From assembly GCA_963799845.1 (NCBI GenBank), contig CAWCYI010000006.1, positions 192,001 through 256,000 on the forward strand: 64,000 bases of DNA. Reading direction: 5' to 3'. Both the position numbers and the translations under genes were made by a program. The stretch comes from an uncultured Nitrososphaerota archaeon (GTDB taxonomy: Archaea; Thermoproteota; Nitrososphaeria; Nitrososphaerales; CADDZS01). Under the pieces are notes generated by a model. The model saw only the letters and a program-made list of their open reading frames with translations, was not told the DNA's origin and did not search any database. This document shows positions 21,230 to 30,893 of the stretch, in pieces. How positions within the stretch are numbered: position 1 is the stretch's first letter; each line of letters opens with the position of its first letter.

Positions 21230-22266
21230 TCTCTTTTCCGACAATTATTTCGCAAGCTGGTAAACAGGAGTAGACTGGGAGAGTTTTGGAAGAGCGTAAC
21301 AAAGCGTTACGAGAAACATGTGCCCGCGAAGCTTGATAGCGACAAGATCAGTTACCTCTTCAGAGCTAGAGAAAGGGGCGAGACCTGCGCAAACATTGCT
21401 CTCCAGCTCGGGGTGTCAAAGAGGAGGGTTGAGCAGATACTTGCCCAGCATAGGAAAGGTGGGGGTGTGCCTCTCCTCCTCAAGAAACCAGGAAGGAAAA
21501 GCATTCCAATTACCGACGAGGAAACTTCACTCGTCATTGATGCTTATCAGAGATATAGGGCAAACGCCCTCTACCTTGAACGAAAGATCGAGAGCGATAG
21601 CAAGATTCACATCAACCACAACAGGATACACAGGGTGCTCCTGATGAACTCCTTTGCGTCAAACTCTAGGAAGAAGTGGATAAGGAGGAAGTGGGTCAGA
21701 TACGAGAGGGAACACTCGAATTCATTATGGCATACGGACTGGCACGAGGTAAAGGATCCGAGGTGGAAGGGCAAGTGGCTCACCTGCTATGAAGATGATG
21801 CTTCTCGTCTCATTACCGGATTTGGGGTCCATGAAACGCTGACCTCGGAGTACTCTGTTTCCTGTCTTGAGAGCGCCATGAAGGAACACGGCAAACCTGC
21901 ATCGATCCTATCCGACCACGGAACCACATTTTACACGATGGAATCTGAGAGGAGGGAGAAGGGGATGACAGAATTCGAGAGGTGTCTCTTGAAGCACAAG
22001 ATAAGATTCATCCTCGGAAGAGTCAACCACCCCCAGACGAACGGCAAGATCGAGAAGTTCTTCGACATATTCGAGAGTAAGATCAAGTGGTTCTCCTCGA
22101 TAGATGAGTTCATGAAGTGGTACAATGAAGTGAGGCCTCATGGAGCCCTTGACCTCAAGACGCCAACCCAGGCTTACTACGAGAAGATGCCGCAGTTAGA
22201 TGCTCTTGAATATCCTTTGTCTATGGAGGTCTCCTGACAGATGCGAAATGATTTCTGGAAAAAACA
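21230..22266 (+). mobile_element. IS481-family insertion sequence (transposase 21320..22237) with 15-bp direct repeats
   Basis: 24-bp IRs tctcttttccgacaattatttcgc / revcomp tgttttttccagaaatcatttcgc; flanking gacggcaacgttttt at 21215-21229 and 22267-22281; WHTD, DDASR, HPQTNGKIEK. Confidence 0.92.
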
Positions 22267-22314
22267 GACGGCAACGTTTTTCTTTTCAGTTATCATCTTG
22301 TTCTCTGTTTACAA

Positions 22315-22611
22315 TTGCCCCGCGCAAAGAATGTCGAAGAGCTCCGCCAATCTCTTCTCTACAACAATACTCTCGAAGTATGGATGGCGCTGTGCACGGA
22401 GAGAGGCGTGCAGTGGAGAGACGTTGAAACTTACGGAAAGTTTCTCGACCACCTCGCAAAGGTTGGAGTTAAACTCGATCTTTCTGTCGTTTGCCCGCCC
22501 ATCAAGGGCTTTTCAGAAAAACCTCCGAAAGCATTCAACATCAAGCTCGACAATGAAACTATTCGAAAGATCAGGCTTTTTGAAAATCCAGCCGAAGCTC
22601 CAACAAATTAA
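22315..22611 (+). CDS. Hypothetical protein
   Basis: 98-aa TTG ORF with protein-like composition, upstream of trm112. Confidence 0.6.
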   Translation: MPRAKNVEELRQSLLYNNTLEVWMALCTERGVQWRDVETYGKFLDHLAKVGVKLDLSVVCPPIKGFSEKPPKAFNIKLDNETIRKIRLFENPAEAPTN

Positions 22612-22652
22612 ATAACTGACAAAGAGAACCGAATCGATTACCAAGGAGCTCA

Positions 22653-22934
22653 TTGCCCCAAATGAAACGAAAATTATTGGATATACTCGCTTGCCCGATC
22701 GACAAGCACTATCCGCTGGAATTGTTTGAGATCAATTCGGAGGACGATGTCATCGTTGACGGTGCTTTGTTTTGCACGGAGTGCAACAGGTTCTATCCTA
22801 TTACTGATGAAATTCCAGTCATGTTGCCGGACGATCTTAGGAACAAGAGCGAGGACATTGACTTTCTTACAAAGTTCAGAGACAAGCTTCCAGAGAAGAT
22901 TGTAAAGCAAGGGAAACCGGTCCATTTGCAGTGA
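22653..22934 (+). CDS. trm112: Trm112 methyltransferase activator (likely start ATG 22662)
   Basis: LLDILACPIDK, C..C.RFYPI.DEIPVML. Confidence 0.9.
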   Translation: MPQMKRKLLDILACPIDKHYPLELFEINSEDDVIVDGALFCTECNRFYPITDEIPVMLPDDLRNKSEDIDFLTKFRDKLPEKIVKQGKPVHLQ

Positions 22935-22952
22935 CGCTTTCAGTGTTTATTT

Positions 22953-23480
22953 TTGAAGGCCAAATGCTCGAAATCAAAGTCGGCAACTCGTAGCAAGAAG
23001 ATTTCAAAAGTTCCAAATCTGATTTCTCCCAAAGCAAAGCTTGGAGACAACGTGCGAGTCTGGAACTTTGCGTACGTTGGCGGCGATACTACAATCGGTG
23101 ACAACACGAAGATTGGATATCTCGCTCATGTCGATTACAACGTCATTATCGGAAAGAACTGCAAGATCGAAGGACTCGCGTACATCGCTCCACTCTCGAG
23201 GATCGGGGATAACGTCTTCATCGGACCTGGGGCGGTTCTTACAAATGACCCCTATCCACTATCCGACAGAATGATCGGCGTCACGGTCGAGGACGGAGCG
23301 TTGATCTGTGCTCGTGCCGTTGTCAAAGCAGGAGTGATTATCGGAAAAAATAGTGTAGTCGGTATGGGCGCCGTCGTAACCAAGGATGTTCCTCCAGACA
23401 CGGTCGTGGTTGGAGTTCCCGCCAAGGTAGCTTATTCCCGAGAAGAATACGAGAAAAAGAGACTCGCCTGGAATAGCTAA
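22953..23480 (+). CDS. Hexapeptide-repeat N-acyltransferase (WxcM/WbpD-like)
   Basis: LbetaH repeats, FIGPGAVLTND, GMGAVVTKDVP, GVPAK. Confidence 0.85.
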   Translation: MKAKCSKSKSATRSKKISKVPNLISPKAKLGDNVRVWNFAYVGGDTTIGDNTKIGYLAHVDYNVIIGKNCKIEGLAYIAPLSRIGDNVFIGPGAVLTNDPYPLSDRMIGVTVEDGALICARAVVKAGVIIGKNSVVGMGAVVTKDVPPDTVVVGVPAKVAYSREEYEKKRLAWNS

Positions 23481-23542
23481 ATCAAGACCTCATTATTACA
23501 AATACCATATCCGCTAACTGAATAATTCCCTTAGGGCGGAAT

Positions 23543-23788
23543 CTATGCTTTCAACTTGTTTTTTTCTATCCGCAGCTGAGTTCTGACCATCCTCTTTTGC
23601 ATTTCGTAGAAGAGGAATAACCAGACAACAACCAAGATGGATGCAAGAATTCCTTTGAGTATGCCGTCCAGAAACGAATGAAAAACCACAAGCGGGACGA
23701 TATATTCGAAAATGATCACAGTTCCGACAAGGACGAGAATCCAGACTGCCGTAAAAATACCGATTAGCGTTTTGACAGCATCAGGCAA
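23543..23788 (-). CDS. Small membrane protein (2 TM)
   Basis: Two hydrophobic helices; overlaps the aglH stop. Confidence 0.65.
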   Translation of the reverse strand: MPDAVKTLIGIFTAVWILVLVGTVIIFEYIVPLVVFHSFLDGILKGILASILVVVWLFLFYEMQKRMVRTQLRIEKNKLKA

Positions 23789-24824
23789 TGGTGATCACCC
23801 ATGTCAATATTGCAGTTAGACCCGCCAGAAAGGCAGTGTAGGCGCTTAACTTCAGGATGTCGCGACCAATCTGCTTTTCGGTTTTTGCTTGGGTCCCGAC
23901 GAGCAAACGCATCAGAGTAACTGGAGCATTCGGGTCTTCAGTTGCAAGCATCGTATTATCCGGCAGAATGACAACTGGCTGGGATTTGATCTCGCGATGC
24001 TCGACCAAACGTCTTACACTGGAAAGGAAGAAGAACGAATTCATTATCGCGGGCAGGATTGCGATGACGGCGACCACCTCGACGCCTCCGATGATAGCCA
24101 TCGTACCATAAGCGGCCCCCAGTGCCATTGCACCAGAGTCACCTGGAAATATCTTCGAAGGAAATTTGTGAAAGTAGTAGAAAGCCAGGGTGGCAGTCAC
24201 AAATGGAAAGAAAGTCGCCAGAATGACCGGATTTTCCTTTCCCACGAGGTAACGGAGGATTATTGCAAACCCCATCGGTACAGAAGCAATTAGAATCGTG
24301 CCGGTTACGACCCCGTTCAGCACGTCAATCGTGTTAATCGTGTTGGTGACAACGGGGATTGCAACTATAATCAGTAATATGTAGATTAGCGGAACGTTTG
24401 TGGGCTCGCGAAAGAGGGGCAGGTAAAGATGGGGGTTGTAAACCATCGCCCCGGGCACCAGATACTGGAGAGCAACCAGCGGGAGACCTCCAACTAGCAA
24501 TAGCGCAGGCTTTACAATTCCTCCCAGAGTTTTGAGATCGTCAACAACGCCGATGAGCCCCGAAAGCAAAGTCACCAGTGCCAGCCCCAGAGAGGCGTAG
24601 CTTCCGGTAATCGCGAAAAGAAAGACTTCGGATGCGACAATCGCGAAGATGATCGCGGGGCCGCCCGGTCTAGGAATCTGGGGTTTTCCTACCTTGTGAT
24701 AATCCAGCACAGTCATTTTCTTTTTTGGAAGGTACTCGATCAGGGCCTTGGTTCCACACAAGCACAGAAAAAATGAGAATACCGAGACAGACAGTGCTTC
24801 CGCAACAAGATTCAGATAGGACAA
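23781..24824 (-). CDS. aglH: UDP-GlcNAc:dolichyl-phosphate GlcNAc-1-P transferase (GT4/MraY family)
   Basis: DYHK..PRPGG, G..DD, NTIDVLNG, IFPGDSG, multiple TM segments. Confidence 0.85.
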   Translation of the reverse strand: MSYLNLVAEALSVSVFSFFLCLCGTKALIEYLPKKKMTVLDYHKVGKPQIPRPGGPAIIFAIVASEVFLFAITGSYASLGLALVTLLSGLIGVVDDLKTLGGIVKPALLLVGGLPLVALQYLVPGAMVYNPHLYLPLFREPTNVPLIYILLIIVAIPVVTNTINTIDVLNGVVTGTILIASVPMGFAIILRYLVGKENPVILATFFPFVTATLAFYYFHKFPSKIFPGDSGAMALGAAYGTMAIIGGVEVVAVIAILPAIMNSFFFLSSVRRLVEHREIKSQPVVILPDNTMLATEDPNAPVTLMRLLVGTQAKTEKQIGRDILKLSAYTAFLAGLTAILTWVITIA

Positions 24825-24943
24825 AGCGATATTCTAAAAATCCGTATTCACACTTTTGCGATTTTCAATTTTAAAATGCTATCCCAGTTGATCTTAACAG
24901 TTTAAATAATAACTTCTGCAAAGGAAAGTGCTGTTAAAACGAA

Positions 24944-25231
24944 TTGAGAATCGCTGATCTAAAGGGCGAACAAAGTCGAGTAGACGTTGAAGGCGAGGTA
25001 ATTGAGAAAGGGGAGGTTAGGACTGTCAATCTTCGAGCTGGGGGTTCTTCGACCGTGGCAGATGCGACGATAAAGGACGACAGCGGGACGATCAAACTTT
25101 CTTTGTGGGGAGAGCAGATCAACTCTGTAGATGTCGGTGACAAGGTTAGGATCGAAAACGGGTACACGAAAGCGTTCCGTGGAGAAGTCCAGCTGAACAT
25201 CGGCAGATACGGAAAGCTCGCCAAAGTCTAG
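24944..25231 (+). CDS. ssb: Single-OB ssDNA-binding protein (crenarchaeal SSB type)
   Basis: DDSGTIKLSLW, IENGY..AFRGEVQLNIG. Confidence 0.9.
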   Translation: MRIADLKGEQSRVDVEGEVIEKGEVRTVNLRAGGSSTVADATIKDDSGTIKLSLWGEQINSVDVGDKVRIENGYTKAFRGEVQLNIGRYGKLAKV

Positions 25232-25334
25232 AAAGATTCTTCGTGAATCCTCTGGCATTCTCTGCCAGAGTTCATCTAACTTTGTACTAAAGCTCTGAAA
25301 CTTTTAAAAATCTCACTCGTGCTTCTCCTCTTTT

Positions 25335-25940
25335 ATGGTAAAGAAATACACTCTTCCGGAACTTCCCTACAAATACGACGCTTTGGAACCGTACATCTCG
25401 AAAGAGATAATGACGCTTCATCACGATAAGCATCATCTCGCCTATGTCAACGGCGCGAACGCCGCGTTGGACAAGCTGGATATGGGCAGGAAAAACAACT
25501 GGCAGGGCGTAGACCTCAAGGCTGTCGAACGTGACTTGAGTTTCAACCTCGCTGGACACGTGTTGCACTCTGTTTTTTGGCCGAACATGAAGGCAAACGG
25601 CGGGGGTAAACCAGGCGGGAAACTGGCTGACAAGATCAACGAAGATTTTGGCACCTTTGACGCGTTCAAAGCACAGCTCTCTGCGGCCGCAAAGCAGGTC
25701 GAAGGCTCTGGATGGGGATTGCTCGTCTACGATCCAACCAGCGACCAGTTGTTGACGCTTCAGGCTGAAAAGCACAACCTGCTCGCGACTCAGAACTCCT
25801 TCCCATTGCTGGTTTGCGATGTCTGGGAGCATGCGTACTATCTGCAGTACAAGAACGACCGGGGAGCCTATGTCGACGCCTTCTGGAACGTAATCAACTG
25901 GGACTATGTCGACGGGCAGCTTGCGACTGCTGTGATGTAG
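25335..25940 (+). CDS. sod: Fe/Mn superoxide dismutase
   Basis: LHHDKHH.AYV, GH.LH..FW, GSGW, DVWEHAYY. Confidence 0.97.
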   Translation: MVKKYTLPELPYKYDALEPYISKEIMTLHHDKHHLAYVNGANAALDKLDMGRKNNWQGVDLKAVERDLSFNLAGHVLHSVFWPNMKANGGGKPGGKLADKINEDFGTFDAFKAQLSAAAKQVEGSGWGLLVYDPTSDQLLTLQAEKHNLLATQNSFPLLVCDVWEHAYYLQYKNDRGAYVDAFWNVINWDYVDGQLATAVM

Positions 25941-25951
25941 AATTCAACTCG

Positions 25952-25987
25952 GAACGCCCTAATTTTGGGGCGTTCTATGAATTTTTT
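25952..25987. terminator. Hairpin and T-tract between convergent sod and mat
   Basis: gaacgccc-N8-gggcgttc followed by ttttttt. Confidence 0.5.
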
Positions 25988-27175
25988 TAGAATATTGAGT
26001 GCTCTCTCTTCACGATCTGCTTCCAGAGGTTTGGCATATCTTTCATTTTTTCTTCTACGATTGACTGGACGTCCTTTTCCAGCTTAGAGTTCCTCTGAGT
26101 GAATAGATCAACGTTGATCGCCTGCGGCTGGTTGATCGGCTTGCCGATTTCCGAAACAATGTAACAAGCTGTCTGCTCGAGTTCGGGGTATTCCTTCCGA
26201 ATTGCAGAGACGATTGTGCTTGCACAGATGTTGTAGATCTTTCCAGTGTGATTGATTGGATTTTTCCCCGCGGTAGCCTCCAGTGTCATTGGTCTGAAGG
26301 GCGTTATCAGCCCATTTGCCCTGTTTCCTCTACCGACTTGACCGTCGTCTCCGTGTTCGGCGCTAGTACCTGTAACAGTAAGGTAGTAGAGCTTCTTAGC
26401 GAAGTTATCGGCCGTGTTTACCTTGATTGCCACGTCCATCGAAGTGTACTTGTTGGCTACGCCCTGAGCAATCTCTCGGACTATATCCCGAGTTTCACTG
26501 TATTCGGCTTCGTCTTTCACAAATTTTGAAATTATCGCGCAGGCAATGGTCAGATTGATTTTGTCATGACGCCTGACTCCCATGACCTTGATATCCTCGC
26601 CGATCTGAGGGTATTTTCTCTTGACGTCACCGGAGTTTCAGCTCGGTTTCCACATTGTACACTACGTTTTCGATTTCGGTATTGGGGCCGTACCAGACGC
26701 CAAAACTTGTATCGTTGGAGAGCGGAACATCGTCTTCTAGGTCATAGTTCTTGACGAGATCTACGCTCCCTGGCCTAATTTTGGTGGCAATCGTGACGTC
26801 TTTCTCTGCATCCAGAGCGTGCATCTCCTTTTTCATCCATTCGCGCGTGACCTCCTGCGCGATCTTTTCAATGGGGACTTCCTTTCCTTCGATTCGACTC
26901 GCTGCACGCCCGACAATCATCAGATAAATCGGCTCGGTCACTCGGCCCCCGCCGAAAGTGACTTGGGATTGACCGCCGACCAGTACGCACTTGTCCACAT
27001 TATGGTGATAAATTCGCCCGAAGTTTGAAAGATAGTAGTCGCATAGAGCTATGCTCAACTCTTCGGCGGCACGGTCTGAGAGAGTGTCCGGATGTCCCTT
27101 GCCCTTTCTTTCCACGAACTCGACGGGCATTTTGGAAACAGTTGTATTTGCAGAAAATGTAATCTCTAGGTTCAA
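25987..27175 (-). pseudogene. mat: Archaeal S-adenosylmethionine synthetase, +1 frameshift at ~26637 (probably a sequencing error)
   Basis: VERKGKGHPD, HHNVDK, NDTSFGV; removing one A gives ELNSGDVKRKYPQIGEDIKVMG; GTSAEHGDDGQVGRGNR, GKNP. Confidence 0.9.
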
Positions 27176-27318
27176 TTATGAAGATCTCGCAGCTATTTCC
27201 TAACACGGCGTGAATTATGCCTTTTAACGATTTTTACTTCCAATAATAATTGAAACCCTAAAAAATTCCTAAAGGAATAACACGGTCAATTCAGCATTAA
27301 TACCATTAAGGGTACTTT

Positions 27319-28359
27319 TTGGAAAAAAAGCGTGTATTCAATTCGATGATGTTTAGTGTGGACTCTACGTTGACAGGCATTCACTCTCGATCTGAAGAGA
27401 CTGTGAAAGTGTCGAGAGATTACGATCGTTCCAGAGCAACCAAGGAGACTCTGGATTCTACGTTTGAAGCAGATGCAAAAAACCTGGTAAAATTACAACT
27501 GGAATCGGGAATTAGTCGAATCTCTGACGGACAATTACTCTGGCAGGATTTTATCCGCCCGTTCTCTGAAAGTCTTATCGGTCTGAAAGGCGGCGCTGAC
27601 CTGTCTCGATGGTTTGACACCAATTCCTTTTACCGAAAGCCTTCGGTTGTAAGAAAGGTAAAACTCCCTGAAGATAGATCCTTCATTCAAGATTATGAGG
27701 TAGCTTCCGCCCTAAGTCTCGCAAAAGAGGCCAAGGCAAAGAAGAAGCTGTCAATTCCGGGGCCGTACACTCTGGCAAGCCTCGTTCAGGACGATTACTA
27801 TGACTCGCGGGATGAATTGATCGAGGATTTTGCCAAGGTTATCAAGAAACTCCTGAAGAATCTCGTGAACCTTGGTTATGAATCAGTTCAGATAAACGAA
27901 CCTTCACTGGTTTATCGTTACGGAATATCCGCACTGACGAGCAAGAAGGAACTCAAGAGTTTCATTTCTGCTTTCGACGACAACTTCAGGTCGCCTCCAC
28001 TCCAGTTGAGTCTCCACACATACTTCGGGGATTCGTCGCAAATTTTGAACAAACTGCTTGATCTGGAAGGGGTTTCTGAGATAGGCATCGACTTTACTCA
28101 AACTTCACTGGATTCGTTAGAAGGGAGCGAGTTCGATGAAAAGGCTCTAGCCTGTGCGTGTGTGGACGGAAGGAATTCACTTGTTGAATCCCCCGAGTGG
28201 ATTTCGGACTTCTGTCTAGATGCGGTGAAGACTCTGAAGCCCTCCGGATTAGTGATCCTTCCAAGTTCGGAATTGAAGTACTTACCGAGAAATGTTGCCG
28301 ACGAAAAAATAAGCGCTATCGGCAAAGCGGCGACAATTGTTAGGAAGAAGTTGAACTAA
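27319..28359 (+). CDS. Split MetE, N-terminal (folate-binding) half
   Basis: DGQLLWQD, RWFDTNSFYRKP, PGPYTL, QINEP, HTYFG, VDGRN. Confidence 0.8.
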   Translation: MEKKRVFNSMMFSVDSTLTGIHSRSEETVKVSRDYDRSRATKETLDSTFEADAKNLVKLQLESGISRISDGQLLWQDFIRPFSESLIGLKGGADLSRWFDTNSFYRKPSVVRKVKLPEDRSFIQDYEVASALSLAKEAKAKKKLSIPGPYTLASLVQDDYYDSRDELIEDFAKVIKKLLKNLVNLGYESVQINEPSLVYRYGISALTSKKELKSFISAFDDNFRSPPLQLSLHTYFGDSSQILNKLLDLEGVSEIGIDFTQTSLDSLEGSEFDEKALACACVDGRNSLVESPEWISDFCLDAVKTLKPSGLVILPSSELKYLPRNVADEKISAIGKAATIVRKKLN

Positions 28360-28362
28360 ATT

Positions 28363-29616
28363 TTGGCGAAGAATAAAATTTCAGAATCAAAGTTATTCCC
28401 TCTTCAGGAGATCGGGAGCATCGCCAAACCGGCCTGGCGGGTAAAGGGAGTTTCAAATGATTCCAGAATCTCTGATAGTGACATCGAAAACGCCGCATTG
28501 TGGGGGGAAAAAGTCGGAGTAAAGGACTATGAAAAACTCGTAGAACTGCTGACCCGAAGGTCTCAATCAGGTATCCCCCCGACGGAGGAAGAAAAAGAAC
28601 TGGTCCGGGATTTCTCTGTGATTTACGTACTTTCCTTGTTTGACAAGGTCGGGCTGGATCGAGTCTATTCCGGCGAGCAGTGGAGAGTCGAGATGTATGA
28701 ACACCTCGTAAGGAATATCAAGGGATTCAAACTCCTCGGTTCCGTTCATTCGTTCGATTACAAGTACTTCACGAAGGGCGCGATTTTAGGCGTTCCGGAG
28801 TTTATCCACCCGATCCTTCTGGACGAGTTTCAGTTTGTAAAAGCCCACACGAACCGTTTCGTCAAAATACCGATAACGGGGCCTTACACCACTGTAGATT
28901 GGTCTTTCAATGAATATTACGAGACTCTAGCGAGAAAAAAATCAAAGGGCAGAAGGATAGATCTCAGAAGGACTTACTTCGAGGCCCGGAGAAATTTTAT
29001 TCTGGATCTTGTGAAGAATGCTCTTAGACCGGAGGTCGAATCGCTGATCAAGAATGGCGCCGAGTGGATTCAAGTCGATGAGCCGGCCGTGACAACTCGC
29101 CCTGACGACGATGAGATGCAACTTTTTGTCGATGCGATAAATGCCCTCACTTCTGGGTTTAGTGGCTGCGTCTTTAGTGTCCATAACTGCTATAGTGATT
29201 ACAAGCTGCTTGCGCGGTACTCGGTGCAGTTGAAGGACATCACGCAGCTCGCGCTAGAGTTCGCCAACAGGGATTCCACCGATCTCGGTATGGATAAAAA
29301 GACCAGACCGGGCTACACCGACCTCAGGCATTTCGAGAAAGAAGGATACGAGGGAGGGTTTGGTTTGGGAGTTACACACGTACATGACTTTTCCGGATCT
29401 TCGGGCGAAGGAGCCGTCGTGGAGGGGAGAAACGTTTTGGAATCCCCCAAACTCGTCAGAGACCGAATCTTGTTCGCAACAAGTATCATCAAAGACCCGT
29501 CAAGAATTTCAGTGAATCCAGACTGCGGGTTGAGGACTAGAGACTGGGAAACCATGTACAAGAAACTGGAAGTAATGGTCGAGGGAACGAAGCTTGCCAG
29601 AAAGAAGATCAGCTAA
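28363..29616 (+). CDS. metE: Cobalamin-independent methionine synthase, catalytic (C-terminal) half
   Basis: GEQWR.EM, PITGPYT, QVDEPA, Zn ligands HNC, LEFA, NPDCGLRTR. Confidence 0.85.
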   Translation: MAKNKISESKLFPLQEIGSIAKPAWRVKGVSNDSRISDSDIENAALWGEKVGVKDYEKLVELLTRRSQSGIPPTEEEKELVRDFSVIYVLSLFDKVGLDRVYSGEQWRVEMYEHLVRNIKGFKLLGSVHSFDYKYFTKGAILGVPEFIHPILLDEFQFVKAHTNRFVKIPITGPYTTVDWSFNEYYETLARKKSKGRRIDLRRTYFEARRNFILDLVKNALRPEVESLIKNGAEWIQVDEPAVTTRPDDDEMQLFVDAINALTSGFSGCVFSVHNCYSDYKLLARYSVQLKDITQLALEFANRDSTDLGMDKKTRPGYTDLRHFEKEGYEGGFGLGVTHVHDFSGSSGEGAVVEGRNVLESPKLVRDRILFATSIIKDPSRISVNPDCGLRTRDWETMYKKLEVMVEGTKLARKKIS

Positions 29617-30871
29617 GAAGAAGAGCAAGTTCCCGTCGACTACCGTCATCGGCAGTTATCCGATAACAGTTCCCGAAAGCGAGATCGAGCAGTTCAAGTC
29701 ATTTCCCGAAGAGAGCCAAGATCCGGTAAATTCTACTATACAGCTTGCCGTACGCGATTTCATCAGCGCTGGAATAGAATTCCCTTCCACAGGTCAAACC
29801 AGAGAATCGTTCGTCAGGCTATTTCTAGATCCCGACCATGTCGAGGGGATAGAATACAACGGCTCGGAAATTCTGGTACGTGGAAAAATTCGACGAAAAT
29901 CCCCTATCCGTTTGTCTGACGTCCAAGAAGCGAAATCCCTGATTCCAAAGTATTACGGATTCAAGGAGCCGGTGACTGACCCCTATACACTTGCGAGGAA
30001 TTGCAGAATCGAGTCCAACTCTTACTCTGACCTGCGTGAACTGACTTTTGCGATTGCAAGAGAAATTGTTCGGCCTGAGCTTGAATCGATCCAGGGCCTG
30101 GTAGACTATGTTCAGCTCGACGCGCCGCATTTCTCATTCGAGCCGTTCAAGGATTATATCAATGCCGTCTATGAAGAGATGCTATCGGGCATAAAAATTC
30201 CAGTTGTGCTTCACGTCTGTGGCGATTCGTTCTCGGTCTTCAAGGAATTGACGAAACTTAATGTTGATATCATCAGCCTTGACTTCACTTTCAATGACAA
30301 ACTGCTTGACGAGGTCGCGCGTCGAAATTTCGATCAAGAGATCGGTCTCGGTTGTGTAAGCACGGGTAGTCTGATCGTCGAGCCTGTCAAGAGCATTTCC
30401 AATCTCATTCAGCGCTCTGCCACGAAGCTTGGCGAATCGAGAATCCGCTTTGTTCATCCCGCCTGCGGAGAAAGAAATCTACCACTGGATACCGCGTATC
30501 AGAAAAACATCAATCTGACGCTTGCGAGGAACGAGGTCTTCCTAGGTTCCCCGCAAACGGCAAAGAGCGTCAACCTAAGCGAAAACGAATACGATCCAAA
30601 CGGGTATTTCTTGATCCAGGTTGACCCACAAAGTCAACAGATTTACGTTTCGTTTAACTCGTACGACAACATTCCAAAGTTCAGAGTCCAGTCCGCCAGC
30701 GGCGAGAAGCTGATCGGCGCCATAATTGACAGCAAGATCATCAGCGATACCGACCTGGGAAAAAGGCATCTCGGTTATGTTGGTTACGAAATAGGGAAAG
30801 CCGAAACCGCCCTAAAGAATAGAGTCCCTTACAGACAAGACAAACCGCTGAGCCTACCGGGAATCTACTGA
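29594..30871 (+). CDS. MetE/MesA-like Zn methyltransferase domain fused to C-terminal DUF4346
   Basis: TTVIGSYP, QLDAP, HVCGD, LDF, HPACG; tail YDPNGYFLI...HLGYVGYEIGKAETAL...YRQD. Confidence 0.7.
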   Translation: MPERRSAKKKSKFPSTTVIGSYPITVPESEIEQFKSFPEESQDPVNSTIQLAVRDFISAGIEFPSTGQTRESFVRLFLDPDHVEGIEYNGSEILVRGKIRRKSPIRLSDVQEAKSLIPKYYGFKEPVTDPYTLARNCRIESNSYSDLRELTFAIAREIVRPELESIQGLVDYVQLDAPHFSFEPFKDYINAVYEEMLSGIKIPVVLHVCGDSFSVFKELTKLNVDIISLDFTFNDKLLDEVARRNFDQEIGLGCVSTGSLIVEPVKSISNLIQRSATKLGESRIRFVHPACGERNLPLDTAYQKNINLTLARNEVFLGSPQTAKSVNLSENEYDPNGYFLIQVDPQSQQIYVSFNSYDNIPKFRVQSASGEKLIGAIIDSKIISDTDLGKRHLGYVGYEIGKAETALKNRVPYRQDKPLSLPGIY

Positions 30872-30893
30872 TTCGCGGGCCCTTTTCTCTTCG

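Noticed and set aside
18047-22266. Composite transposon carrying the proteasome genes
   Set aside because: The two IS481 copies are clearly divergent and the second has its own target duplication, indicating independent insertions.
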